Of a stretch of DNA of 64,000 nt, positions 46,434-54,845 are shown piece after piece. The notes under the pieces were generated by a model that was given only the letters and a program-made list of their open reading frames with translations, was not told the origin of the DNA and did no database searches. This stretch comes from Actinomycetes bacterium (GTDB lineage: Bacteria; Actinomycetota; Acidimicrobiia; Acidimicrobiales; RAAP-2), in NCBI GenBank assembly GCA_021785695.1, contig JAJYEQ010000004.1:11840-75839 (forward strand), in the 5' to 3' direction. The position numbers were made by a program, and so were the translations under genes. Numbering within the stretch: the stretch's first letter is position 1; each line of letters starts with the position of its first letter.

Positions 46434-48722
46434 ATGGTCGAAACCACCGTGTCGCCCACGGCGCAGTCGCACGACGAGATGCGGCTGATTGTCGACTCAC
46501 TGGTTCACGTCGTCGCGGGCACGCAAATTGTCGCTGTTGTGGGGCCATTGGATGGTCCGATTCTGGAGCTCGAGCCCTTCGCCACGCCGGAGGCCGCTGG
46601 AGCCTTGGCGGCTCTGTCGACCAAGGTCCAGGTCGCTCTGCAGGCAGATCGCGCGGTGGCCTCGGTCTCGGCGACGGTTCTGGGGATCGAGTGGGGCGGG
46701 CTCGTCGAGGTGATCCGTGACGAGCGTGAGAAGGTCGTGGGGGTGCTCCTGGTCGCTCGCCAGGGCAAGACGTGGTCGAGGCGCGAGCGCTCAGTCGTGC
46801 ACGCCTTCGCGGGGCTGCTGGGCCGCATCACCACGCTGGCGCAGCGCGAGACCCTGCTGACGCGTCAGCAGCGTCTCGACGAGCTCGTCGCCCGCGTCGC
46901 CGAGCGGCTCATGTCGGCGACCTCGACAACCCGGGTCGCCGACTTGCAGTGGACGATCCGCGAGCTCGGCGAGTTCCTGGGCAGCGACGTCGCCCTGATG
47001 CGACGCAACGACCTGGTGCGGGGGCTCAGCATCATGGTGGCCGAGTGGCCGATCCGCGAGGACATCCCCGACCCGGACCCGCTCGGGGAGGTCCCCTTTG
47101 ACGCGGACCCGATCTTTGCGGCCACGCGAGATCTCAAGAGTCCCTACCTGACGGGCAAGGCCGACGACGTCGACGACACGTACAAGCAGCACATCAACGA
47201 CTCGACGGGGGCGACGCCCGCGGCCGGCGCCGCCGTGCCGCTGCTGGTCGGCGAGACCACCTGGGGCGTGCTGGGCTTCATCCACTTCAACCGGCACAAC
47301 TGGATCCCCGCCGAGATCAACGCGCTGCAGGCCGTGGCCTCCCTGCTGGTCCAGATGCAGTCGCGCATCGATGCCGAAGAGCGCATCATCTTCAACGCCA
47401 ACCACGACGAGCTCACCGGGCTGGCCAACCGGCGGGCCCTGCTCGAAGAGCTGCGTTCCCGGATCGCGGCGCGCCGCGACACCGCGGTGATGGTCATCGA
47501 TCTGGACCGCTTCAAGGTCATGAACGACTACCTGGGCCACGCCAGCGGGGACCGCCTGCTCGTCGTGATGGCCGACCGCCTGCGCACCTCGGTGCGCACG
47601 GGGGACTTCGTGGCGCGCCTCGGCGGCGACGAGTTCGTGTTCCTGGTCGATCGCGCCCGCACCGAGATGGAGGCGATGGCCAGCGCGTACCGGATGCTCG
47701 AGGTCATTGCCCAGCCCGTCGAGATCGCCGGGCAGGTGATGAACCACACCGCGAGCATCGGGATCGCGCTGGCTCAGACCGCGGTGGCCCCCACCGAGCT
47801 CCTCCGGCGCGCGGACCTCGCCATGTACCACGCCAAGTCGCGGGGCCGTAATCGGGCAGTCGTCTTCGACCGCGAGCTGCGCGAGCGGCATGACGCGCGC
47901 TCCGAGATGGAGCTGCAGCTGCGCGAGGCGATCGACGGCGATGGCCTGCGCCTGCACTACCAGCCCGAGATCGATCTGATAACCGGTCGCCTGTTGGCGG
48001 TCGAGTCGCTGGTGCGCTGGCAGCACCCCAGCAAGGGCCTGCTGGCCGCCTCCGAGTTCATCACCGTGGCCGAGGAGACGGGTCTGGTCACCAGCCTCGG
48101 GCGCTGGGTCTTCGCCGAGGCGTGCCGCCAGCTGAGCGTCTGGCAGCACGACTACCCGGGCCTCGACTTCAAGGTCCGCGTGAACATGTCGCCAGCGGAC
48201 TTCCGGCTCGGCGACCTGGTCGCCTTCGTGGAGAGCTCCCTGGCCCGCTACGGCGTGCCGGGCTCGCGCATCTGCATCGAGTTGACCGAGTACGCGGTCG
48301 TCGACGACCCCGAGCAGACCGCGCGCACCCTGCGCGGTTTCCGCGAGCTCGGGCTGGAGATCGCGCTCGACGACTTCGGGACGGGATTCGCCTCCATGTC
48401 CGAGCTCAAGCACCTGCCCATCGACCTGCTCAAGCTCGACATGAGCTTCGTGCGCGGCATCGCCCGTGACCCCTTCGACCGGGCGATCGTGGACGCGATC
48501 ATCCGCCTGGGCAAGGCCCTGGGCAAGGAGATCATCGCCGAGGGCGTGGAGTCGTCGGTGATCGTCGACAGCCTGCTCGAGTTGGGGTGTCACCGGGGTC
48601 AGGGCTTCCTGATCTCCATGCCCGTTGCGTCGGGCGATCTCCGGGAGCTGCTCAGCGTGGGAGCGGCTTCCGGGATCGCCGTGCCGACCTCGTCGGCTCG
48701 CCGGGACGTGCTCGAGTGGTGA
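46434..48722 (+). CDS. sensor (GAF-like) - GGDEF - EAL protein
   Basis: GGDEF intact (RLGGDEF) with an RxxD I-site (RTGD) 5 residues upstream. The EAL domain has ESLVRW, DDFGTG and QGFL. Starts at the ATG at 46434. Confidence 0.9.
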   Translation: MVETTVSPTAQSHDEMRLIVDSLVHVVAGTQIVAVVGPLDGPILELEPFATPEAAGALAALSTKVQVALQADRAVASVSATVLGIEWGGLVEVIRDEREKVVGVLLVARQGKTWSRRERSVVHAFAGLLGRITTLAQRETLLTRQQRLDELVARVAERLMSATSTTRVADLQWTIRELGEFLGSDVALMRRNDLVRGLSIMVAEWPIREDIPDPDPLGEVPFDADPIFAATRDLKSPYLTGKADDVDDTYKQHINDSTGATPAAGAAVPLLVGETTWGVLGFIHFNRHNWIPAEINALQAVASLLVQMQSRIDAEERIIFNANHDELTGLANRRALLEELRSRIAARRDTAVMVIDLDRFKVMNDYLGHASGDRLLVVMADRLRTSVRTGDFVARLGGDEFVFLVDRARTEMEAMASAYRMLEVIAQPVEIAGQVMNHTASIGIALAQTAVAPTELLRRADLAMYHAKSRGRNRAVVFDRELRERHDARSEMELQLREAIDGDGLRLHYQPEIDLITGRLLAVESLVRWQHPSKGLLAASEFITVAEETGLVTSLGRWVFAEACRQLSVWQHDYPGLDFKVRVNMSPADFRLGDLVAFVESSLARYGVPGSRICIELTEYAVVDDPEQTARTLRGFRELGLEIALDDFGTGFASMSELKHLPIDLLKLDMSFVRGIARDPFDRAIVDAIIRLGKALGKEIIAEGVESSVIVDSLLELGCHRGQGFLISMPVASGDLRELLSVGAASGIAVPTSSARRDVLEW

Positions 48723-49528
48723 GCCTGCACAGCCCGGCTCCCTCGACTCCCGGCGAGTCCGAAGGGCCGTGGCTCTTCGAGACGATGCTGGCCGAGCTGG
48801 TCGACGGCGAGCTCGGGCTGGGGTTCATCTACAGCCTGCTGGCGCGGCTGGCCGAGCGCTACGAGCTCAGCGACGCCGTGGTCGTCTTGCGCCACGAGTC
48901 GTTCGGCACCCAGAGCTTCCGCCTCGGCGGACGCCCGGTGCGCCCCGCGATGGTCGCCCAGCTGACCGATACCCCGGGGGTCCTCTGCGAGCCCGCCGTG
49001 GTCCCGGACCACGAGTGCGACGCCGTGCGCACGGCGTCGCAGCTGGCTCTCTCACTGCACCTGGCGCGCTTCAACGCCGGTCACGACGCCCTGACGGGCG
49101 TCGACAACCGGCGCACATTCGACCACGCCCTCGACGTGGGCTCCGCTCGCAGCGCCCGCTACGGCTGGGCCTTCACCCTGGTCATGATCGACCTCGACGA
49201 CTTCAAGGCGCTCAACGACCGGGCGGGCCACGCCTACGGTGACCACCTGCTGCGCCAGTTCGCGTTTGCCCTGCGGCGCAGCGTCCGCAACGGCGACACC
49301 GCGGCGCGTCTGGGGGGTGACGAGTTCGGCGTGATCCTGGCCAGTGCCGAGGGAGCCGAGGCCAGCGGGTTCCTCGACCGCCTGCGCGCCCAGGTCAAGT
49401 CCGTGGCCGACGATCTGGACTTCACGGCGGGCTGGGCGAACTCGCCCAAGGACTCGACGGATCCCGAGGAGCTCTACCGCATCGCGGACCACCGGCTCTA
49501 CGAGAAGAAGGGGGAGGGGCGATCGTGA
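48719..49528 (+). CDS. GGDEF-domain diguanylate cyclase with an uncharacterised N-terminal domain
   Basis: RLGGDEF with the I-site RNGD. The GTG at 48719 overlaps the upstream TGA (GTGA). Confidence 0.85.
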   Translation: MSLHSPAPSTPGESEGPWLFETMLAELVDGELGLGFIYSLLARLAERYELSDAVVVLRHESFGTQSFRLGGRPVRPAMVAQLTDTPGVLCEPAVVPDHECDAVRTASQLALSLHLARFNAGHDALTGVDNRRTFDHALDVGSARSARYGWAFTLVMIDLDDFKALNDRAGHAYGDHLLRQFAFALRRSVRNGDTAARLGGDEFGVILASAEGAEASGFLDRLRAQVKSVADDLDFTAGWANSPKDSTDPEELYRIADHRLYEKKGEGRS

Positions 49529-50112
49529 CCGCGCGGATCGACGAGGACTTCGAGCTCGAGTTGCGGAGCCTGCCCGGGGTGCTGAACGTGGCCATCGAGC
49601 ACGACGTCACCGCCGGAGGGCGCGTCACGCTGCTCGTCGTGGGCCCCCATCCCGACAAGACGGCCCAGGCGGCCGTCCAGGTCGCCGGCCTCTACTACCC
49701 GGAGATCACGGTCGTCGTCGAGCAGGCCGCCGAGACCTCGCCCGTGGTCGTGGGCGACGCCCGCGTCATCCTGGTGCGAGCGGACTACGACGCTGCTGCC
49801 GGCTCGTGCGAGGTGGAGCTGGCGCACCGCGGACGCGTGGGCATCGGCCACGCGTCCAGCGGGCCCCTGATCGGCGGGGCGGAGGCGACGCTGCTGGCCC
49901 TGCGCGACCTCGGCTACGACGTGCCCTTCCGCCTGGCCGGCGCCACGACGGTGCCGGCTCTGCGCACCTGGCCGGTGCTGGTCACGATGCGCTCGACGGC
50001 CGACGGCCAGGAGCGCTTCGGCGTGGCCCTGGCGGGTGACGACGTCGTCGCCGCCGCGCGAGCCGCGCTCGACGCGCTCAACCGTTATCCCATGGCCTTC
50101 CGTCACGGATAG
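49525..50112 (+). CDS. hypothetical protein (195 aa, no recognised family)
   Basis: GTGA overlap with the upstream GGDEF gene and RBS GGGGGAGGGG at 49510-19. Its stop TAG is immediately followed by the ATG of the next gene. High GC3. There appear to be two alpha/beta halves. Confidence 0.6.
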   Translation: MTARIDEDFELELRSLPGVLNVAIEHDVTAGGRVTLLVVGPHPDKTAQAAVQVAGLYYPEITVVVEQAAETSPVVVGDARVILVRADYDAAAGSCEVELAHRGRVGIGHASSGPLIGGAEATLLALRDLGYDVPFRLAGATTVPALRTWPVLVTMRSTADGQERFGVALAGDDVVAAARAALDALNRYPMAFRHG

Positions 50113-51654
50113 ATGACGGTTCCCGACGAGGTCGCGCCACCGCGACCTGATCGAGGGGGGCCGACCGCCCTGCGGCCCGCGTGGATCCTCGCGGGCACTC
50201 TCGGCGCGATCGGCCTGTACGTGGCGATGATCCGCGTGCTCGGGGGGATCAGCGAGGGCGACGCGGCCGTCTCGCTGTACTCGACCTGGGCGATCGCCCA
50301 CGGCCACCTGGCCTGCGCGTACCCGCCGCCGGCCTTCGGCTCCGCGCACCTGCCCGGCATCGCCCAGCCCTACACCAGCATCACCCCGTTCTACCCGGTC
50401 GTCTCGGGCCTGCTGGTGGCCCTCTTCCGCGTCGGACACGCCACGGCGTTCCCGAGCGCGGCGGCCCTGGGACCCCACTGCGCGAACGCCTTCCACGCCA
50501 TCTTCGCGTGGTCGGTGCGCTCGAGCTCGGCCCTGACCACGATGCAGGTGGGCTACGTCAGCGCCGCCCTCCTGGTGGTCGCCGTGGTCCTCACGTGGCG
50601 GGCCAGCGGGCGCCCGCTGCGGTGGCGCCACCTGGGCACGCTCGCGCTCGTGGCCCTGGCCGCCCCGGTCATCGGCTGCCTGCTGGAGTTCTACCATCCC
50701 CAGGATCTCCTGGCCCTGGCGTTGACCCTGGTGGGAGTGGCGGCGGCCCTGCGCAGCCGGTGGGGGTGGGCCGGGGTGGCGCTCGGCCTGGCGGTGGCGA
50801 CCCACCAGTTCGCCCTGCTCGTCGCGGTGCCGTTCTTAGTCGTGGTGCCGCGCGCGGCGTGGTGGCGCTACGTGGCGGGTTTGGCCGCGGCCGTTGGCGC
50901 CGTCGACCTGCCCTTCCTGGTGGCCACGGCCGGCCGGGCGGCGCGGGCGATCGTGATCGGCTCGGGCTTCACGCGCTCCTACGGCGGCACCGTGGTGTGG
51001 GAGCTGACCCAGCGCGGGGCCAGCTTGTTCGCGCTGTCGCGGGTGGCTCCGATCCTGGCCGGGGTGGCGCTCGCGGTTGTGGTCCGCAGGCGCCTGGGCG
51101 ACCAGATCTACGAGTCGACAACGCTGCTGTCGCTCGTCGGCGTGCTGCTCGGGCTGCGCCTGGTCTTCGAGGTCAACCTGTGGGACTACTACTTCGCGGC
51201 CCTGGCCACCCTCATCTTGATCGTCGAGGCCCAGCGCGAGCGCTGGCGGCCCGCGGTGGCGTTCTGGTGGCTCACCGTGTGGATGGCCTTCGACCCGCTG
51301 CCGGCGGGCTTCCAGACGAACTCCACGATCCTGGACATCCACCTGCGGATCTGGGGCCCGACGTACCTGACGCTGGCCGCGACGGTGGCGGTGGTGCTGG
51401 GTACCGCCACGCGCCGCCTGCGCTGGTGGTGGTGGCTCTGGGTGGCGGGCGCGGCCCTGGCCTTCGTCCATCTCCCGGTGGTCGACGTCCTGTCCCATCA
51501 CGGCTGGCCCCTCTGGCTGTGGCAGGTTGTCCTGGTCCCCTGGGGGCTGGTCCTCGTTGGCACACCGTTGCTCGCGGCGTTGCGCCAACATTTTGATCAC
51601 GACCACCAAGACGGGATCGCCGGTCAAAATGACTTAAATACCGTTTACAAGTGA
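50113..51654 (+). CDS. polytopic membrane protein, GT-C-fold / DUF2029 (GT87)-like glycosyltransferase candidate
   Basis: 513 aa with about 12 or more TM helices. An acidic residue sits in the first extracytoplasmic loop (ISEGDAAVSLY). Assigned by architecture only. Confidence 0.45.
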   Translation: MTVPDEVAPPRPDRGGPTALRPAWILAGTLGAIGLYVAMIRVLGGISEGDAAVSLYSTWAIAHGHLACAYPPPAFGSAHLPGIAQPYTSITPFYPVVSGLLVALFRVGHATAFPSAAALGPHCANAFHAIFAWSVRSSSALTTMQVGYVSAALLVVAVVLTWRASGRPLRWRHLGTLALVALAAPVIGCLLEFYHPQDLLALALTLVGVAAALRSRWGWAGVALGLAVATHQFALLVAVPFLVVVPRAAWWRYVAGLAAAVGAVDLPFLVATAGRAARAIVIGSGFTRSYGGTVVWELTQRGASLFALSRVAPILAGVALAVVVRRRLGDQIYESTTLLSLVGVLLGLRLVFEVNLWDYYFAALATLILIVEAQRERWRPAVAFWWLTVWMAFDPLPAGFQTNSTILDIHLRIWGPTYLTLAATVAVVLGTATRRLRWWWWLWVAGAALAFVHLPVVDVLSHHGWPLWLWQVVLVPWGLVLVGTPLLAALRQHFDHDHQDGIAGQNDLNTVYK

Positions 51655-51699
51655 TGTTGAACCTTCAGTAGGCTGACCCCGACGAGGGGGTAGGCAGGC

Positions 51700-53223
51700 G
51701 TGGACCAGGGAGTGCCCATGACGCTCGCGGACGCGCTCACGGCGAGTGGCTTCCTCGAGGCCACCGCGACGGCGTTCATGCTGCGCGACGCGTCCGGTCA
51801 CGTCCTGGACATCAACGACCGCGCCGAGCGCGTCTTTGGGTGCTCGCGCGAGGACCTGATGAGCGACGACCCCACGCGGCTCACCTGGGACCCGGTCCAC
51901 CAGGACGGCTCGCCCTTCTCGCGCGACGACCTCCCCTTCGCGGTCGCCCTCGACACCCAGGACCCGGTCTACGGCGAGGTCCAGGGACTCCTCACGCCGA
52001 CGGGCGAGCGGCGCTGGTACACCGTGAACGCCTATCCCGTCCTCCAAGGCGACCAGTGCACCGGGGTGCTGCTGGCGTACCTCGACGCCGGGGAGCGCGT
52101 GCGGCGCACGCAGCTCGTCGACCTCCTGCTGGCCGTCACCGAGCGTCCCGCGCATCCCACGGGCGAGGCCGAGACCTTCGCGCACGTGTGCCACACGCTC
52201 GTCGACGCCGGCCCCTTCGCCCTGGCGTGGGTTGGGGTGGCCGACGAGGGTCCCGAGCGCCGGGTCGACATCGTCGAGGCGGCGGGCGTCACCGGCTTCA
52301 TCACCCCGAACATGGTGTCGTGGTCCAGTGCCCAGCCCAACGGCCTGGGTCCCTCGGGCATCGCGCTGCGCAGCGGCCACCCGGTCGTGGTGAACGACAT
52401 GACGCTGTCGCCCATCGTGCACCAGTGGCGCGACCAGATCACGCGCTACGACCTGCGCTCGGCCGCGGTGCTGCCGTTCCGGCCGGCGGGGCGTCGCGCC
52501 GTGCTCGTCGTCTACGACCGCCATCCCAACTCCTTTGATGAGCTCACGGTGGTCGGGCTCGAGCGGATCGTCCACGAGGCCGAGCGCATGATCGCCCACG
52601 GCGAGTCGGTGCGTCGCCTGTCGACCGCCCTGGAGGGGACGCTGGCGGCGCTGTCCCAGGTGACCGAGGCGCGCGATCCCTACACCGCGGGCCACCAGGT
52701 GCGCGTCGGCGCGCTGGCGACGGCCCTCGGGACCCGCCTGGACCTCGATGCGGACCTGGTTGAGCTCATCGGCCAGGCCGGAGACGTCCACGACGTCGGC
52801 AAGATCGCGCTGGCCTCGGAGATCCTCATCAAACCGGGTCGCCTCAGCGACCTGGAGATGCGCATGGTGCGCCGGCACTCGTCGGTCGGACACGAGATCC
52901 TGGCCCGGGCCTCGCTGCCCTGGCCGATTCCCGAGGTCGCCCTCCAGCACCACGAGCGCCTCGACGGCTCGGGCTACCCGGCTGGGCTCACGGCCAGCGC
53001 CATCGGCCTGCCGGCCCGGATCGTTGCGGTGGCCGACGTGATCGAGGCCATGTCGAGCCACCGCCCCTACCGCCCGGTGGTGGGTAGGGAGGAGGCCCTG
53101 GGGTTCGTCGAGGCGAATGCCGGGACGCTCTTCGACTCCGACGTGGTCGCGGTGGCTCGCACCGTCCTGATGGAGGGCTTCGTCTTCCCGGAGCCATCGA
53201 CGTCGAGCATTGTCTCGATCTAG
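51700..53223 (+). CDS. PAS-GAF-HD-GYP c-di-GMP phosphodiesterase
   Basis: HDVGKIAL and HHERLDGSGYP motifs are intact. N-terminal PAS-like (MLRDASGHVLDINDRAERVFG) and GAF-like regions. Confidence 0.88.
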   Translation: MDQGVPMTLADALTASGFLEATATAFMLRDASGHVLDINDRAERVFGCSREDLMSDDPTRLTWDPVHQDGSPFSRDDLPFAVALDTQDPVYGEVQGLLTPTGERRWYTVNAYPVLQGDQCTGVLLAYLDAGERVRRTQLVDLLLAVTERPAHPTGEAETFAHVCHTLVDAGPFALAWVGVADEGPERRVDIVEAAGVTGFITPNMVSWSSAQPNGLGPSGIALRSGHPVVVNDMTLSPIVHQWRDQITRYDLRSAAVLPFRPAGRRAVLVVYDRHPNSFDELTVVGLERIVHEAERMIAHGESVRRLSTALEGTLAALSQVTEARDPYTAGHQVRVGALATALGTRLDLDADLVELIGQAGDVHDVGKIALASEILIKPGRLSDLEMRMVRRHSSVGHEILARASLPWPIPEVALQHHERLDGSGYPAGLTASAIGLPARIVAVADVIEAMSSHRPYRPVVGREEALGFVEANAGTLFDSDVVAVARTVLMEGFVFPEPSTSSIVSI

Positions 53224-53309
53224 ATGAGCGCGCGCGTGTCGGTTTGCCGGGGCGGCGTCGGGACCGCTAGGTTGGGGCGCCCGTCAGCGAGGACGGGTGG
53301 GGCGAAGGG

Positions 53310-54845
53310 ATGAGCGTGGACGACGGCACGAGCCCGATGCGCTCGGCGCGCTATCTCACCGAGTACCTCGGCGCCACCCACGTCGGCTTCGGGTACTTCG
53401 ACGAGCGCGGCGTCGTGCGCGACTGCAACGAGGCGATCGCCAACCTCCTGCACACCACGGCGGACCAGCTCCTGGGGCTGTCCGTGCGCACCATCTCCAG
53501 TGTGGAGATTGCGACGCCCTTCACCTTCGACGACCCGGTCATCGCCCGGACCTTCGACGCCTCCCGGGTGTATCGCAATGTCGTGGTGGGCTTCGTCTTC
53601 GCCGAGCACCCCCGCTGCTGGCTCTCGATCGACTCGTACCCCGTCCTCGAGAGCGGTCAGGTGCGCGGGGTCGTCGCCACCTTCACCGACGTCACCGCGC
53701 AGCGTACCGATGAGCGCATGCGGCGCCTGCTGGCCGAGGTGACCCGCCGCATCCCCGCGGCCCCCGACGAGGATGCCGCCCTCCAGTCGGTGGTCGACGC
53801 GCTGTGCAGCGTCGGCGGCTTCCTGGTGTCGTGGGTGTCACGGGCCACCGAGCAAGGCGCTGTGGTCACGCATCGTGCGGGACTCGCCGCCTACCTCGAG
53901 GGCCTGGACTTCGAGGCGCCCACCCACGACCCGATCTGGGAGGGCCCGACGCTGCGCGCCCTGCGCGACGAGCGGCCCGTCGGCGTCGAGGCGGTGCAGC
54001 TCGATCCCGTCTTCGCCCCGTGGCGCGAACGGGCCAGCCGCTTCGGCATCGAGTCATTTCTGGCCCTGCCGCTCTCCCTGGGACGCCGTCGGGCGACGCT
54101 GACGGTGGCTGCCCACGACAAGTTCGCCTTCCCGCCCGCGATCGAGGGCGAGCTGCGGGCCCTGGTGGCCGAGATCGAGCTCCTGGTCGCTCACACGCGC
54201 ACCCGGGCCGAGCTGGAACGGTCGCTGCGTGGGACGGTGAGCGCGATGGTGCGGCTCACCGAGATCCGCGATCCCTACACCGCGGGCCACCAAGCCCGGG
54301 TCAGCGCGCTCAGCCGGCAGCTCGCCGAGCGACTGCGCTGGTGCGCCGAGGACGTCGACGCGGTCGCCAGCGCGGCCGCCCTGCACGACGTGGGCAAGAT
54401 CGCCATCCCCTCGGAGATCCTGGGCCGGCCCGGACCGCTCAGTGCCCTGGAGTTCGAGGCCGTGGCCCGCCACGCCGAGCTGGGCGCCGAGATCGTGGCG
54501 GAGGCATCCCTGTCGTCCGTGTTCGTCGAAGTCGCGCGGCACCACCACGAGCGCCTCGACGGCTCGGGGTACCCCGACCACCTGGTCGATGGGGCCATCT
54601 CGCCGTTCGCCCGGCTCGTCGCGGTCGCCGACGTCGTCGAGGCCATGGTGCACCATCGCCCGTACCGGCCCGCCTGGTCGCTGGCCGATGCGCGCGAGGA
54701 GCTGCGCCGCGGCGCCGGCGTGCGCTACGACGCCGAGGTCGCCGACGCCTGTATCGCGCTCATCGATGAGGGGTTCACCTTCGAGTCCTCGACGCCGAGC
54801 GGCATGCCCATCAGGGTGCTGACCTCGGACAGCGGCACGGCCTGA
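53310..54845 (+). CDS. PAS-GAF-HD-GYP c-di-GMP phosphodiesterase (paralogue)
   Basis: HDVGKIAI and HHERLDGSGYP. Collinear with the preceding gene. The 3' end overlaps the convergent GGDEF-EAL gene. Confidence 0.88.
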   Translation: MSVDDGTSPMRSARYLTEYLGATHVGFGYFDERGVVRDCNEAIANLLHTTADQLLGLSVRTISSVEIATPFTFDDPVIARTFDASRVYRNVVVGFVFAEHPRCWLSIDSYPVLESGQVRGVVATFTDVTAQRTDERMRRLLAEVTRRIPAAPDEDAALQSVVDALCSVGGFLVSWVSRATEQGAVVTHRAGLAAYLEGLDFEAPTHDPIWEGPTLRALRDERPVGVEAVQLDPVFAPWRERASRFGIESFLALPLSLGRRRATLTVAAHDKFAFPPAIEGELRALVAEIELLVAHTRTRAELERSLRGTVSAMVRLTEIRDPYTAGHQARVSALSRQLAERLRWCAEDVDAVASAAALHDVGKIAIPSEILGRPGPLSALEFEAVARHAELGAEIVAEASLSSVFVEVARHHHERLDGSGYPDHLVDGAISPFARLVAVADVVEAMVHHRPYRPAWSLADAREELRRGAGVRYDAEVADACIALIDEGFTFESSTPSGMPIRVLTSDSGTA

